From the NCBI GenBank assembly GCA_964016885.1, contig OZ024746.1, forward strand, positions 12,152,001 through 12,216,000: a DNA stretch of 64,000 nucleotides, written 5' to 3'. This stretch comes from Eledone cirrhosa (lineage: Eukaryota). The position numbers and the translations under genes were made by a program. Below, in pieces: positions 1-13,419 of this stretch. The notes below the pieces were generated by a model. It made no database searches, was not told the DNA's origin, and worked only from the letters and a program-made list of their open reading frames with translations. The stretch's first letter is position 1. The number at the start of each line of letters is the position of its first letter.

Positions 1-1770
1 TTGCACATATAATTACCCTCCTATTCAACTGAACAATAATATAGATACATATAAATTGATGTTGTGAGCAACAGTTTCATATTTACTAGGCTAGATTCAG
101 TAAATTTAAATACGACGTCAAACGTAACTTCGTTGAATGTTCATAATCCCAATCTAAATCAGGAAACGATAGTTCCTATCATAAATAACTTCTCCAATCC
201 AATTCCTTCTATAAATAATACTAGGTCACTTGTTAATAACTCTGTTAATTTCTCTAATCGTAATTGTAATTGCCCTGTTAGAACTAAATGTCCTCTTAAT
301 AACCAATGTCTTGATAAAAACTTAGTGTATGAATGTAAGGTTATAACTGGTACTAATTATTTTACCAATTTCGGTTCCACTTCCACTTCCTTTAAAGCAA
401 GATTTTATAATCACAAATAGTCTTTTAAATACCAACTTAAAAGAACTAACACGGCACTCTCGGAACTCATATGGTCCTTAAAAGACAAAAGTATTAACTA
501 TAACATCTCTTGGAGGAAGGTTTGCAACGCCTTTCCTTACCGGAATTCTTCTCTATCCAGAACATGAAATTTACCATTATATCTAATTTTAATTCTATAA
601 AAAATAGACGTACGAATTTATTCTCGCTCTGCTTGCATAAATCCCATAGAACTTTCCATAAAGTATACAGCTAATATCTCAATACATAATTAGTTTAAAA
701 TCTTCTTTTTCTCAAAGGCTTTTATATCTATTACAAATATACCCATCTTTCTACCTTATTTCAATATATTATATTATACAATTTACTCATTCTATGTCAT
801 TAGAGGTCCCCTATCTTTCTTCTTTTATCCTTTTTCCTTTCTTCCCTTTTTTCTTTTTTAATTTCTAATCTTTAATCTGTAACTTTAACTTCCCAATTAC
901 TTCTCAATTCATATTATTACTCACTACAGCATTTTCCATTTTTCCTCATATTATTGGCCATAGAAACTATATTTTTTAATATATAATAATATTACCATTA
1001 GAAAATTTTTGTAAACATATATACCTTTTGACGTTAGATATTTTTTCTTCCTTAAATTCTCTTTTTTCTTCTCTCCTTCCGTGCTCGTTTTAAACCTATT
1101 ATTTACTTTTACATATTACAATACATAAAAACAAACTTAAACCTTAACTAATTCCTTTAAGTTCATAATTCATTTATTCTTCTTTCACATTATATCCTTA
1201 ATATCATTAATATTTTAATTTTAATAATACATATTAATAAATTCTTTTTTTTCGCACATATTATTAAACCCTTCAATATACAAACCTTAAATTAATACTA
1301 TTCTTAATTCCTTTTTCTTTAATCATAAACATCAACATCCATAAACCTCATTAACTTTTAATTTCAAAATCTTTTAAAATTATCTATTATATTCCAACGG
1401 TTTTTTAATTTCTCTCTGTGAGACAATATTTTCTCAGTTGTAAAGGCTATTTCTCTCTCTCTATCACTCATTTCTCCTCCTCTCTCATCCTTCTTATACT
1501 CCTCTCCCATCATCCTTTATTTTCTTTCTTCCTCCTCCTTACCCCCCCCCCCCTTTTTTTTTTTTCAAAATCTCATATATCCATCTTACTTTATTTTTCA
1601 TATGTTGATTTAAAACATCACTGCTCACAAGTGTTTTTTAAGCTTCATATCATGTTTCCCTATTTTATCTGATGAGAACGCAAATAACATCCCATGATGA
1701 TATTTGTTTTTGAAATGCGCATAATAAAATACTTGGAATTCTTTTAACCATCTTTTGATCTTATATTATA
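1..1770 (+). mobile_element. Penelope-like retroelement remnant (GIY-YIG endonuclease, long T-rich 3' UTR, terminal hammerhead)
   Basis: ORF 64-420 NCNC..CPL..QCL..NLVY.C.V...FGST..SFKARFYNHK; after the stop SFK...TALSELIWSLK...YNISW; ends at a (TA)n run. Confidence 0.85.
1661..1731 (+). ncRNA. Minimal type I hammerhead ribozyme (Penelope-associated)
   Basis: stem I tattttat/ataaaata; CTGATGA; stem II gcaaata-acatc/gatg-a-tatttgt; GAAA; palindromic stem III atgcgcat; AUA cleavage triplet. Confidence 0.8.
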
Positions 1771-1965
1771 TATATATATATATATATATATTTTTTATTT
1801 TTCACTATGGTACACACTTCCTATGAACACTTGCTTGTGAGTGGGTGCATGTGTATGTATTTATAAACATAAATTATGAGAAAAAAGAAAAAAAAAACCA
1901 CATTGTTTATCTTACTATTTCCTCTATCAGTAAATTATTCCTTATTTCCTACTTTAATATAGACG

Positions 1966-2354
1966 TACTCTTGGGTCTCAAATAATCGTCCTCCCTACAC
2001 TTATTAATTTTTTTAGAGTTTTTCCCGACTCCCTCGCTCTTATTCCAATTTCCCCACTTACTAAATTTTGCTAAGCTATCTCCGATGAAATTTTATTTTA
2101 AGTGGTAGCATTCCTGCTGCAATTAATTTTCTTTAGACATTAAAAAACATTATACATAACAATAAAAGAACATTACAAGAAATCTCATAGGTTATCAAAT
2201 AAATAGGATGGGTTGGGGTCTCAATATGTAAACTAAACAACAAATTCTAGTTTTTAAAAAAAATCAAGGGAGACAACCTATAAAAATAAATTATTGGACC
2301 TCCCACCCCCTCCGCTTATTCCACCACCACCCTATTATTCGGAACCCGAGAGTA
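1966..2354. mobile_element. Tc1/mariner-type MITE
   Basis: Imperfect TIRs tactcttgggtctcaaataa / ttattcggaacccgagagta, TA at both ends, non-coding. Confidence 0.6.
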
Positions 2355-3863
2355 TGCATCATTTTAATTTTAATTTTAGTCCATCCATTGCTTAACTTAA
2401 TCTTTTTTCGTTTATACTAAGTTGTTTTTCCTATTTATTTGTCATTATTGGTTGTATGAGCATGAAATATAATTTTCATTTCATTTCAGTTTATATTGAA
2501 AATATTTTGCCAAATTGCTTACTTTTATTTTGAATGTATAGGTGATACTTTTCAGATAAAAAAAAGTTGGAGGTGATTGTCTTAAGCCTCACTTTAAAAA
2601 AAAAAAAAATTCTTATATATATTTTGATAATTTATTTTCAGTTTATCTTTAAATATAATTTGTGGCTTTTCTTTCTCTATTTCTTTCTTTCTTTATTTTA
2701 TTTATTAAAAAAATTTTTTTTTGTTAATCACAGAAGGTTTCAGCCATCAATTGTGATCATGCTGAATATCACTTATCTCCCCCCTTATTTGGGATTTTTC
2801 CTTTGCTTTCCTATTTTTTTTAGTTACATCTTTTGTTTCCTTTTGTTTTACATGCAGAAACCCATATTTGTACCATCTGCACCATCCTGTACCGTCCTTA
2901 ATGGATCTTTCTGTAAACCCTTTGTGGTTAATAAAGAAATTATTATTATTATTTTATTATTACTATTATTTTTCTTATTATTTATTTTACTTTAATTTCC
3001 TTTCATCATTTGATTATATTACATAAATTTCTCTGATATAATGCAATTTCTTCTTTCATAAAATGATATCTTTTGTTTCTTTTATATTGCATTGCATTTA
3101 AAAAATTTTATTTTGTAGAATATTTTTAGCCTCATCTTTTTCTTTCTTTTTTATTTTATATATTTTTGTATTATTTTTGTGTATTTATTATTTACTATTT
3201 AACGTTTTGGTAAATAGATAGAAACTAGAAAATGAGGACCCTATTACTTGTTTAGAAAAAACAGATCAAATAATTTTGTGGACTTGAGATCAAATACATT
3301 TTAATTGGGTCATATAGGAAGTTCCGGGAAAGATTTATCCTACGTTTAGTTTTTGATTCTGGGTTGTAATTATATTATTAAATTTATATCACCTTTAATA
3401 ACTTTGAGATATAGCTGAATATCTCACACCATCTTTTTTATATTGATTCGACTCATAAAGTCTGGTGCCTATATCATATTGAAGAAGAAACATTAAATAT
3501 TGAAGAAATATTATTGATGAGGAACCATAGAAAAACATTCAGCTGTTTTCATTAGTATTTTAAATATAAAATTAATTAATATCTAATTTCTTAATCCTGA
3601 GACAAAGAAGAAAAAACTTTTATGTATATATATGTATGTTTATGGGTTTGATTTCAGTGAATGGCATCTTGGGCAAGTGTTTGTTATTTTAGCTTTAGAC
3701 TGATCAATCAATGCCTTGTGAGTTGTGTCTCTACTATCTTATGAGTTCTGGGATTTACCTTTCCACAGAACCCATGCTCTATGGAATCTTGTATAAGCTG
3801 AAACAGAATGGAATTATTTTTTCTGCTCTTTCTTTTGATACCTCATACTAGATGGCTCTTTAA

Positions 3864-4074
3864 CCCTTTACCATTTACATTACTCTATATATATACTATT
3901 TTCGAGGTAAAGGTTTTATTTTACATAATTATCTCACATAATATCGAAACTATGAGATTTTGATATTATTTATTTTGGGAACAATACCTTAACATGAGTA
4001 TGAGTGGCCAGTTATGGCCAGTTTAAAAAGAAAGAGTTGAGAGAATTCTGGCTGGATATGGCTGATTTAAATGC
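3864..4074 (+). mobile_element. piggyBac-type TTAA MITE copy (right TIR truncated)
   Basis: ttaa|ccctttaccattta...; same body as the other copies. Confidence 0.8.
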
Positions 4075-4751
4075 CTTTACTTCCACCCTGATAGCTCTCC
4101 TCAAAGTGTATCAGTTTTCCATTATTGTTACTTTACTGTCAGTCAGCTTTAGATTCTTCTTGTCCATATATTTGAATCTCAAGCTAATACAGGTTTTTCA
4201 TCTGGAGAAGTAAACATTTATTGTAGTTAAGACTGGCACACTAACTGCTCTGTTATTGCAGCTAATCTACAGAGTTAATATCACACTTATACCAAATTCT
4301 ACTTTTTCTCCTTATGTGATTAACTAACCATTTAAAGTTGTATAATGTATTTTCTTTATTTAATTATATTTTTATAGTCCACATTGTACAGCTGTCATGG
4401 AATACAGTTTGTTCCTCTAATCATTTACCATATATACACAAATATAAATTTTTATGGTCATATATTTCTCGGCTTATATACTAGTATATATGGTAGTTTT
4501 AAAAACCCACATGGCTTAATAAGCAAGTCATTTTTAGAAAACAAATTTCAGCATTGCACAGTTTTGTATTGAAATATCCTAGTAATAAAAATTTAGACTA
4601 AGTTAATGAAATTTCTGTGTAACATTGTTAAAAATGTATTATATTTTAATAAATGCAATCATAAAAATAAAATTTGTATTTATCATTTTTTTCAACACTT
4701 TAAAATATATTTGTATACATGAGTAATATGTAACATTTATTTTAAAAATAG

Positions 4752-4877
4752 GTCTATATCTTGCTCTCCAGCTGCTATATGGGGATCTTCCTTGCCTCAG
4801 GACTACACATCCAATACCTTTCAATAAAGGTGTTGCATTAGTTCAGAAGTGCAGTTTCCCAGAGTCTTTACTTCCAG
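4752..4877 (+). CDS. DOCK3/4-like Rac GEF, exon A (first exon in window)
   Basis: atag|...ccag|gttc; (G)LYLALQLLYGDLPCLRTTHPIPFNKGVALVQKCSFPESLLP(G) resembles DOCK3 GLIISLQLLRGD...FNRGLAITRKLGFPDVIMPG; phase 1-1. Confidence 0.9.
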
Positions 4878-5652
4878 GTTCAATATATATTTATTTATTT
4901 ATTTATTCATATCCTATTTTAAAATTATTTTAACACTTAAAGAAGTTATTTCTTAGACTTTTATAAATTGTTGAAGACAAAACCATCTTCAAATTTTTTA
5001 CATGTAAAACTTTTATCTATATTGCTGAAGATTTGCCAATAATTTCATACTTCTTTAGAAATGAATATGGATGTAGAAGAGAGGGAATATTTGGTCATAT
5101 CACAATTGTTGTTACTGGAATCTGTGTTAGAATTTCACTGAGATTACATAAACTTTTATTCTTTTGAGATTGATAGCTTTTATTGAGGATAGATGGAAGC
5201 TATTTATTCATGCATAGTGTAAGGAATTATCTGGTTATTTGATGTAACAACTTGGTAGTCAAAACACTTTCACAGTTGTCTACCTGTCAAATTTGTTACT
5301 TAACTAAAAGAATTATGATACATCTAAAGAGACACTTTCAAAGAAGATATTGTTTATCCCCTAAAAAAAGAAATTAAAGAGAACTGAACAAAAAGTTGTG
5401 AACTTCTGCTCCAAATAATTGGACAAAATAAGAATTAAAATATATTTTGATAGGATTTTTGCAAAAATTTATCCAATCTCATGTTGTTTGGTTATAAATA
5501 TGGGGCCACAGTTGTGAAGAATCTCTAAAGAAGGGGGTTTGTAGTAAAAGTGATGATGAGATGAAATGGTAGAGCAGCTCATCAACAAAATATTTTGGTA
5601 ACATTACAGAAGCAAGGCTTGCTAAAGAAATGGTCAAATGTTTTAATACTGG

Positions 5653-5773
5653 TCTCCAGCTGTTATATGGGGATCTTCCTTCTCTCAACAGTACCAATGC
5701 AATACCTTTCAATAAAGATCTGGCATTATTTCAGAAGTGTAGTTTTTCAAATTCAATATATATTCATTTATTT
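5653..5773 (+). pseudogene. Degenerate tandem duplicate of DOCK exon A (pseudo-exon)
   Basis: LQLLYGDLPSLNSTNAIPFNKDLALFQKCSF vs exon A LQLLYGDLPCLRTTHPIPFNKGVALVQKCSF; also copies the downstream intron flank; donor gttcaat changed to attcaat, exon 3' end deleted. Confidence 0.88.
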
Positions 5774-5775
5774 AA

Positions 5776-7630
5776 CCCTTTACCATTTACATTACTCTAT
5801 ATATACTATTGTATGTTTATGGTAAAGGCTTTACCTCACATAATGTCTCACATAACATTTACATTACTCTATATATACTATTGTATGTTTATGGTAAAGG
5901 CTTTACCTCACATAATATCTCACATAACATTTACATTACTCTATATATACTATTGTATGTTTGTGGTAAAGGCTTTACCTCACATAATATCTCACATAAC
6001 ATTTACATTACTCTATATATACTATTGTATGTTTGTGGTAAAGGCTTTACCTCACATAATATCTCGCATAACATTTACATTACTCTATATATACTATTGT
6101 ATGTTTGTGGTAAAGGCTTTACCTCACATAATATCTCACATAACATTTACATTACTCTATATATACTATTGTATGTTTGTGGTAAAGGCTTTACCTCACA
6201 TAATATCTCACATAACATTTACATTACTCTATATATACTATTGTATGTTTGTGGTAAAGGCTTTACCTCACATAATATCTCACATAACATTTACATTACT
6301 CTATATATACTATTGTATGTTTGTGGTAAAGGCTTTACCTCACATAATATCTCACATAACATTTACATTACTCTATATATACTATTGTATGTTTGTGGTA
6401 AAGGCTTTACCTCACATAATGTCTCACATAACATTTACATTACTCTATATATACTATTGTATGTTTGTGGTAAAGGCTTTAACTCACATAACATTTACAT
6501 TACTCTATATATACTATTGTATGTTTGTGGTAAAGGCTTTACCTCACATAATATCTCACATACCATTTACATTACTCTATATATACTATTGTATGTTTGT
6601 GGTAAAGGCTTTACCTCACATAATATCTCACATAACATTTACATTACTCTATATATACTATTGTATGTTTGTGGTAAAGGCTTTACCTCACATAATATCT
6701 CACATACCATTTACATTACTCTATATATACTATTGTATGTTTGTGGTAAAGGCTTTATCTTACATAATTATCTCACATATCATTTACATTACTCTATATA
6801 TACTATTGTATGTTTGTGGTCAAGGTTTTACCTCACATAATATCTCACATACCATTTACATTACTCTATATATACTATTGTATGTTTGTGGTAAAGGCTT
6901 TACCTCACATAATATCTCGCATACCATTTACATTACTCTATATATACTATTGTATGTTTGTGGTAAAGGTTTTATCTTACATAATATCTCACATAACATT
7001 TACATTACTCTATATATACTATTGTATGTTTGTGGTAAAGGCTTTACCTCACATAATATCTCACATAACATTTACATTACTCTATATATACTATTGTATG
7101 TTTGTGGTAAAGGCTTTACCTCACATAATATCTCGCATACCGTTTACATTACTCTATATATACTATTGTATGTTTGTGGTAAAGGTTTTACCTCACATAA
7201 TATCTCACATAACATTTACATTACTCTATATATACTATTGTATGTTTGTGGTAAAGGTTTTATCTTACATAATTATCTCACATACCATTTACATTACTCT
7301 ATATATACTATTGTATGTTTGTGGTAAAGGTTTTATCTTACATACCATTTACATTACTCTATATATACTATTGTATGTTTGTGGTAAAGGCTTTACCTCA
7401 CATAATATCTTACATAACATTTACATTACTCTATATATACTATTGTATGTTTGTGGTAAAGGTTTTATCTTACATAATTATCTCACATAACATAAAATCT
7501 ACAAGATTTTGATCTTATTTATTTTGAGAACAGTACCTTAACATCAGTATGAGCGGCCAGTTATGGCCAGTTTGAACAGGAGGAGGTGAGAGAACTATGG
7601 CTGGATATGACCGGTTTAAATGCTGAAGGG
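5776..7630 (+). mobile_element. piggyBac-type TTAA MITE with internal satellite expansion
   Basis: TTAA|CCCTTTACCATTTA ... TAAATGCTGAAGGG|TTAA; left part amplified in tandem. Confidence 0.88.
5784..7490. repeat. About 72-bp minisatellite (about 24 copies) derived from the MITE left arm
   Basis: unit catttacattactctatatatactattgtatgtttgtggtaaaggctttacctcacataatatctcacataa; gives the 24-aa periodicity of the spurious ORFs. Confidence 0.95.
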
Positions 7631-7894
7631 TTAATCATAAAAGTTGTCACTTTTATTTGGAGTTACTACAGATACAGCGCACCTTAGGTTTAATTAATGG
7701 CTGTATAAAAGGATTAGTCCAATGAAAGAAACTGAGTATACTATTTTAGTAGTGTCATATAAATGTTATTTTGGTAGAATAAGATGCAGCCATAATCATT
7801 TTGTCAGTTACTTCAGTGCTATAGATTGCCAAGACTATTTAAAACCAGCAAGAACAACATTAGAATTTCAGTAGTAGTTTTTTAAAGTTTTTAG

Positions 7895-8096
7895 CCCTTT
7901 AGCATTTATATTATTCAATATTTATGATTGAATTTTCACAGTAAACACTTAATTTCACATAATTATCTCACATATCAAATGTACGAGATTTTGAGAATAA
8001 TACCTTAACATAAGTATAAGCAGCCGGTTATGGCTGTTTGAACAGAAAGAGGTGAGAGAATTCTGGCCGGATATGGCCATTTTAAATGCTAAAGAG
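7895..8096 (+). mobile_element. piggyBac-type TTAA MITE copy
   Basis: ttag|ccctttagcattta...taaatgctaaagag|ttaa. Confidence 0.82.
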
Positions 8097-8174
8097 TTAA
8101 TGTCTGGATTTTTTCTCTAATATCTGGATTTTTTTCTCTAATATTTGGTGACATTTTTTCTTTTCTTAAATTAG

Positions 8175-8299
8175 GTGATGTTCGAAATGATCTGTATATA
8201 GTTTTGTCACATGGAGATTTTGAACGAGGCAATAAGACATCAGCAAAGAATGTAGAAGTGACAATGAAGGCTTATGATAGCAGTGGAGAGTTAATTCCT
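8175..8299 (+). CDS. DOCK3/4-like exon B, start of DHR-1 (C2) domain
   Basis: ttag|...|gtaagt; GDVRNDLYIVLSHGDFERGNKTSAKNVEVTMKAYDSSGELIP, a hallmark DHR-1 motif. Confidence 0.96.
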
Positions 8300-8317
8300 G
8301 TAAGTTAATGAATCATT

Positions 8318-8690
8318 ATTTTATTCTTTGTCTTCGCCCACTTTATTCCTGAAAGGATTGTCGGGGCAGAGTCCTCAAACACTCCTTCCAGCAGGTCCTG
8401 TCAGAAGCAACTGTCTCCAATTGATCTGGCTGGACCAGCCAAGCTGATGGATGTTATCCAACTATCTTGCTCGGGGTCTAACCCTGGGTCTCCTGCCGGT
8501 GGGTTTTGTCTGTAAAATCTGTCCTCTGGTTCTTTTCTAAGACATTCTAACCACATGCCCATAATATCGGAGCTGTGATCTCTGAATTTGGAGAAGTAGC
8601 GGCTCTTCCTGGAGTGACTCTCTGATCTCTTAGCTATGCACTCTATCAAGTAATGTTACTCCAAAGACCCTTCAGAGGAACCCCATTATT
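8318..8690 (-). mobile_element. RTE-like LINE 3' fragment
   Basis: Minus strand encodes a degenerate KPTGRRPRVRPRAR.LDNI C-terminal motif followed by an AAT-rich tail. Confidence 0.6.
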
Positions 8691-8835
8691 TCATTTATAT
8701 TTTAACTCTAAGCAACTCTCAGCTCTAGAAATAAGTCAGACAGATTTAGTTTTTCTGTTTATCTATAAACTCAAATTCAAAACTGTTTATGGAGTTACAT
8801 AAGTTATTTAACTAATCTAAATCAGTATTGTGATG

Positions 8836-9052
8836 GCTGGGTTGGGTACTTTTTGTCATGTCACCAATATGACCACTTTACAGGGTTGACTGGGTGCTTT
8901 TTATTGTGACACCAAGATGACCACTTTACAGGGTGGGCTGAGTGCTTTTTCTCATGTCACCAACACGACCACTTTACAGGGTGGACTGGGTGTTTTTTGT
9001 CATGTCACCAACATGACTATTTTAGAGGGTGGGCTAGGTGCCTTTTGTCATG
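8836..9052. repeat. About 48-bp tandem repeat (4-5 copies) from a SINE internal segment
   Basis: unit gggtggactgggtgctttttgtcatgtcaccaacatgaccactttaca; its reverse complement matches the SINE at about 62420-62470. Confidence 0.75.
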
Positions 9053-9106
9053 TCTGTCATCTATAAATCAGTAACTTTGTGGATGTTTTTGTTTGTATTT
9101 TTGCAG

Positions 9107-9205
9107 CACTGTATTTATCGAGGTATTGGGGAGCCCCCATCTTCAGATTATCATTCCACAGTTTTTTATCACTCAAATAATCCAAAATGGAAGGAATTAA
9201 TCAAG
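9107..9205 (+). CDS. DOCK3/4-like exon C (DHR-1)
   Basis: gcag|...|gtgaga; HCIYRGIGEPPSSDYHSTVFYHSNNPKWKELIK. Confidence 0.95.
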
Positions 9206-9959
9206 GTGAGATATATGACTCTTCTAACTATAAAGTACAAGTAACTAAAATATAATCAACTATGAATGTTATTTACACATGTATTCCATTATTTACCAAT
9301 ATCTCAACCTTTTTTCCACCTCCAACATTATAATATTTAGTCTATATATAATTCTGTCGGGTGTGCGTGAGTCCTGATTTCGCTAATTGACACATGAATA
9401 GGACTTTACTCTAGAAAACATGACGGCTGGGAGACCCCTTTTAGGAACTCATATGTCTGCTGGGCGCACGAGCAGAAGGACATGTTTTTCTGCCAGTGGC
9501 ATATCACAAAATCGAATTTCATCTGAAGATACCGTTCTCATAACAGCAAATACATCTTGATTGTATGGGAGAACTGTTGAAATAATTATAATGAATAAAT
9601 GATTTATGTAACATCAGCATATTTCTTAATATTATATATATATATATACCCATCCAGACCCATGCTAGCATGGAAAATGGACGTTAAATGATGATGATGA
9701 TGATGATGATTATATATATATGGAGTATGTGGTGATTTCACACTAGTCTGACTTGCAGTTAGGGGTGGAGGAAGGAAAGTATTCAATGCTGTGGAATAAT
9801 AACATTTATTCAAAGCTGAGTCTATATGTGTCACTACTCAGAGTTTCTTGTTCCTAGACTTCAGGTACCTGACGACTGGGAACAAGAACTTCCAACTAGT
9901 GATTCACACAGACTCATCTTTCAACAAATAATATATAATTATTTTTGTTTACTTCACAG

Positions 9960-10023
9960 TTTACTTTACCCATAGAAAAGTTCACTGGTGCACACATACG
10001 ACTGGAACTGCGGCATTGTTCAA
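9960..10023 (+). CDS. DOCK3/4-like exon D (DHR-1)
   Basis: acag|...|gtaagt; FTLPIEKFTGAHIRLELRHCS. Confidence 0.95.
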
Positions 10024-10097
10024 GTAAGTTGTACCCTTCATTTCTTTATTAACAATTCTAAACACCCTACTATAAACATTTATTATTTTGATTTGAA

Positions 10098-10133
<36 letters not shown>

Positions 10134-10429
10134 CGTGGAAGAACAGACGTAAAACGGGGATGATGATAGTATTAGGAAGGGCATCCAGCTGTAAAAACCA
10201 AGCCCAAACCAGTCCTGTATGAGAAAGTCATGGTCATCAGACCTGGCTTGTCTCACAACAGGACAACTCGTCTAACCCATGCTAACATGGAAAAATGGAC
10301 GTTAAATAGTGATGATGATGATGTGTGTGTGTGTGTATGTCTGTAAGAAGTAAACAGAAATAACAAAGCAAACGGCACAGTACATTGAAGAAGTATATTA
10401 ATTTAATGCTTGAAATAATAGGGAAAGAC

Positions 10430-10465
10430 TCTTAACATTTCGGACATTAGTCCTTCATCAGAAGA
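10430..10465 (-). ncRNA. Minimal hammerhead motif in a short dispersed element (10340-10467)
   Basis: Minus strand tctt-CTGATGA-a-ggac-taat-gtcc-GAAA-tgtt-aaga; same family as 27377 and 52503. Confidence 0.7.
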
Positions 10466-10706
10466 TAGTCGTAGGGGTACCGTATTGAAATATGGCATTT
10501 CTTGGGCATTTTAATCCTGGCAGAGCCCATCCATCTCCAGGCCAATATACTGAATAAATAGTATTAAATATTACCACAGCTTTTTTCTTCAAGATTAAGG
10601 TTTGTTTTATAACTCACCCAAATATGGTACTCCACATTCTTATATTTTGTTATTTTTACACAGATTGTCAACATTATTACATTTCTATCTTTCTATATAT
10701 TTCCAG

Positions 10707-10813
10707 CAAGTGACAAAAAACAAGGGGAGAATGTGCTAGGGTTTTCTTTCATTAAAATTACCACTCAAGATATAACTCTAACAGATGCCACCCATACTTT
10801 GTGTATATATAAA
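10707..10813 (+). CDS. DOCK3/4-like exon E (DHR-1)
   Basis: ccag|...|gtaaga; TSDKKQGENVLGFSFIKITTQDITLTDATHTLCIYK. Confidence 0.93.
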
Positions 10814-11438
10814 GTAAGAACATTTTCTGTTTAATATTTGATATACAAACATTTTCTTGTTATATGTGTTTCTGTGTGTGGATTTCTTTTTGTTTCTGAC
10901 TTCTTCACCCAACCCATTGAAATTTAGGAGGAACCTTGACTGGTTAACCTTCCCTGCTGAAACCTTGCACCTCCAACACTTTCCCAACCCAGGAAAACCT
11001 GGCTCATCTCAAAATGACGGACATCCAAAATGACAGACATGCCTCAAGCAGTATATAAATGACCCCTTTTAGGCTACCAAAGGAAGCTGGACACCATCAT
11101 GACCCCCCTCCCTCAAGCAGTGTAATGCTGATACCCAGCCTCCACCCCACCAGCACAACCATGTACATTGAGGACCCTAGTACTGTAATGAACTAGTATT
11201 TATGCCATAAGGGAACTTATTGCAATGTGTGTGAGTGTTTATCACGGTTGTATTTTTCTTGTTCTGGTCAGTATTGTTGTTACTGTTGCAATTGCTGCTG
11301 CTAATGTTGAACACACACTCACACCAGAGAGAGATGCATATAATAGAAATGTAGAGTATGATTTGGTTTTGTTCATGTCTTTTAGTTTTTCTCTTGGTGC
11401 TGTTTATTAGTAATTATTTCTGCCCTCTTGTGTTTTAA

Positions 11439-11655
11439 CTCTTTACCATTTACATTACTCTATATTTACTATTGTATTTTCACGGTAAACACATTACATA
11501 ATTATTTCACATAGTATTGAATCTATGAGATTTTGACATTATTTATTTTGAGAACAATACTTTAACGTCAGTATGAGGGGCTGGTTATGACCGGTTCGAA
11601 ACAGAAAGAAGTGAGAGAATTCTAGCCAGATATGGCCGGTTTAAATGATAAAGGG
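11439..11655 (+). mobile_element. piggyBac-type TTAA MITE copy
   Basis: ttaa|ctctttaccattta...taaatgataaaggg|ttaa. Confidence 0.85.
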
Positions 11656-11714
11656 TTAAGACATTAAATAGTTTCTGACATTAATTATATAAATAAATAT
11701 ATATTTTCTTTCAG

Positions 11715-11874
11715 TGTGATTCACTTATACATTTACTCTGCAAGGATTATTTAAGTCTACAACAAAGTTCTTCAGAAGCTATTTCTCCAAATGTGTCATC
11801 AATATACCAACGCAATTCAAAAGATGCTTTGACTATCAGTTCCTGCCTTTGTTCCACAAAGTTTACACAAAACA
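11715..11874 (+). CDS. DOCK3/4-like exon F (end of DHR-1)
   Basis: tcag|...|gtaatg; CDSLIHLL...YQRNSKDALTISSCLCSTKFTQN (cf. STKLTQN). Confidence 0.94.
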
Positions 11875-12104
11875 GTAATGTAGTATTTTACATATTTTTC
11901 ACATCTTATTTTTCTTAGTGATAGTGTTTGGGTGGTCAGAAAACTTAGAGAAGTAGGCAATCAAAATTTCAATTGGTACCTCTAGCTGAAGCTGTCTTGA
12001 TTTTAGTGTTGGCAAATTGTCCTAATATTTAATTAAGACCTGAAATGTATAAGCTTCTTTTTTAATCCTTTACACTACTCTATATATACTATTGATCATA
12101 AGGA

Positions 12105-12350
12105 CTTCTGATCATAATATCTTGGGTTCAGTTACTGTGGTGAGTTATGTATTGTGTTCTAGAACAAAACACTTCATTTCATGTTGCTCCAGGATTCTCA
12201 GCTGAAAATGAGTACAAGCAATAGCTGGGGGTTTAAACCTGCAATGGAATGGCATCTTGTCCAGAGGGAAGTCTTGTACTTTCAGTCACTTCATGCTATA
12301 AAACTGAGATAAGCACCAGCCTAACAAGCCTTCTGGCTTGAGACAGATTT
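12105..12350 (+). mobile_element. tRNA-derived SINE, degenerate
   Basis: B-box-like gggttcagtt, then the acacttcatttcatgttgctccag...tcagctg body shared with 50973 and 62245. Confidence 0.6.
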
Positions 12351-13083
12351 TAGTTAGAAATGGCAAATGAAAGAATATGTCTACATTTAGCATATGAAAA
12401 GACTGTTGAATCATTTATGTATTGTTACAAACACACACATAGCAAGAAATAATGTATCTGTAATAAAGTAAAAATGTATGGTTTATGTAAGAATTTTATA
12501 ACATTGAGAAAGAAATACCTTGCTGCAGATAAATGTAGTTATTTTTGTCATGCCAAGAACATGTAAACAATATCTAAAATAAGCATCATATGTGAAGCTT
12601 GAACATTAATTCTTGCAAACTACTGAGGAAATAAATTTATAGAAGATGTAGGAAGCACAGACACAGAAAATAACTGCAATTACATTCAGTTGCTATAATA
12701 TAGTTTATAATAGTTGGGTAAAGACCTTTAGAGACAGGAAAATGTTGTCAGAGGCTGCTATGAAGAATTGAACTCTGTAATTGCAGGTATTCTCTGGAGC
12801 ATCCTACATCTTCTATAAAGTAATATATTGTCTGTAATTTTATTTTATAACTTGGAATAAAAAATATGAAACTATTAAAAAAAAAAATTAGAATGATTAT
12901 AATGGCTAATTCTTAAGAGATGTGATTTCAAAAGTTATATATTGATACGTTACTTAAAATATTGTTTTGTAGCTCTGGAGTCAAACTGAATCTCTGTCCC
13001 ATGGAAAGATCTGTCAAAGCTGTTGTGATGATGAATATGCTGAAATAAATTGTTATTTCATTTTCATGTTTTTAAATTTGCAG

Positions 13084-13181
13084 AACATCTCCTTGGTATA
13101 TTGCAATGGCGTATGAAAACTGAGAAAATTCAAGAAAGCATAGAAAAACTGATGTCTGTTAGTGGAATGGATATTGTCAGG
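13084..13181 (+). CDS. DOCK3/4-like exon G
   Basis: gcag|...|gtaagc; KHLLGILQWRMKTEKIQESIEKLMSVSGMDIVR. Confidence 0.94.
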
Positions 13182-13355
13182 GTAAGCCATAATTTATGCA
13201 GATATTCTGAATTAATTCCATACAATAATGCTTATGTAAGCATATAGCCAAGAGTGATATGACAAAAGCAAAACGTCTTGGTTTTATTGGAATCAAATGT
13301 TTTTCAGATATGTTAAGTGCATTGAAACTGTACTATTATTCTCCTGAATCATTAA

Positions 13356-13417
<62 letters not shown>

Positions 13418-13419
<2 letters not shown>

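Noticed and set aside
5630-7512. Long ORFs of 565, 343 and 226 aa
   Set aside because: Stop-free reading of a 72-bp satellite; only the first about 35 codons are the pseudo-exon
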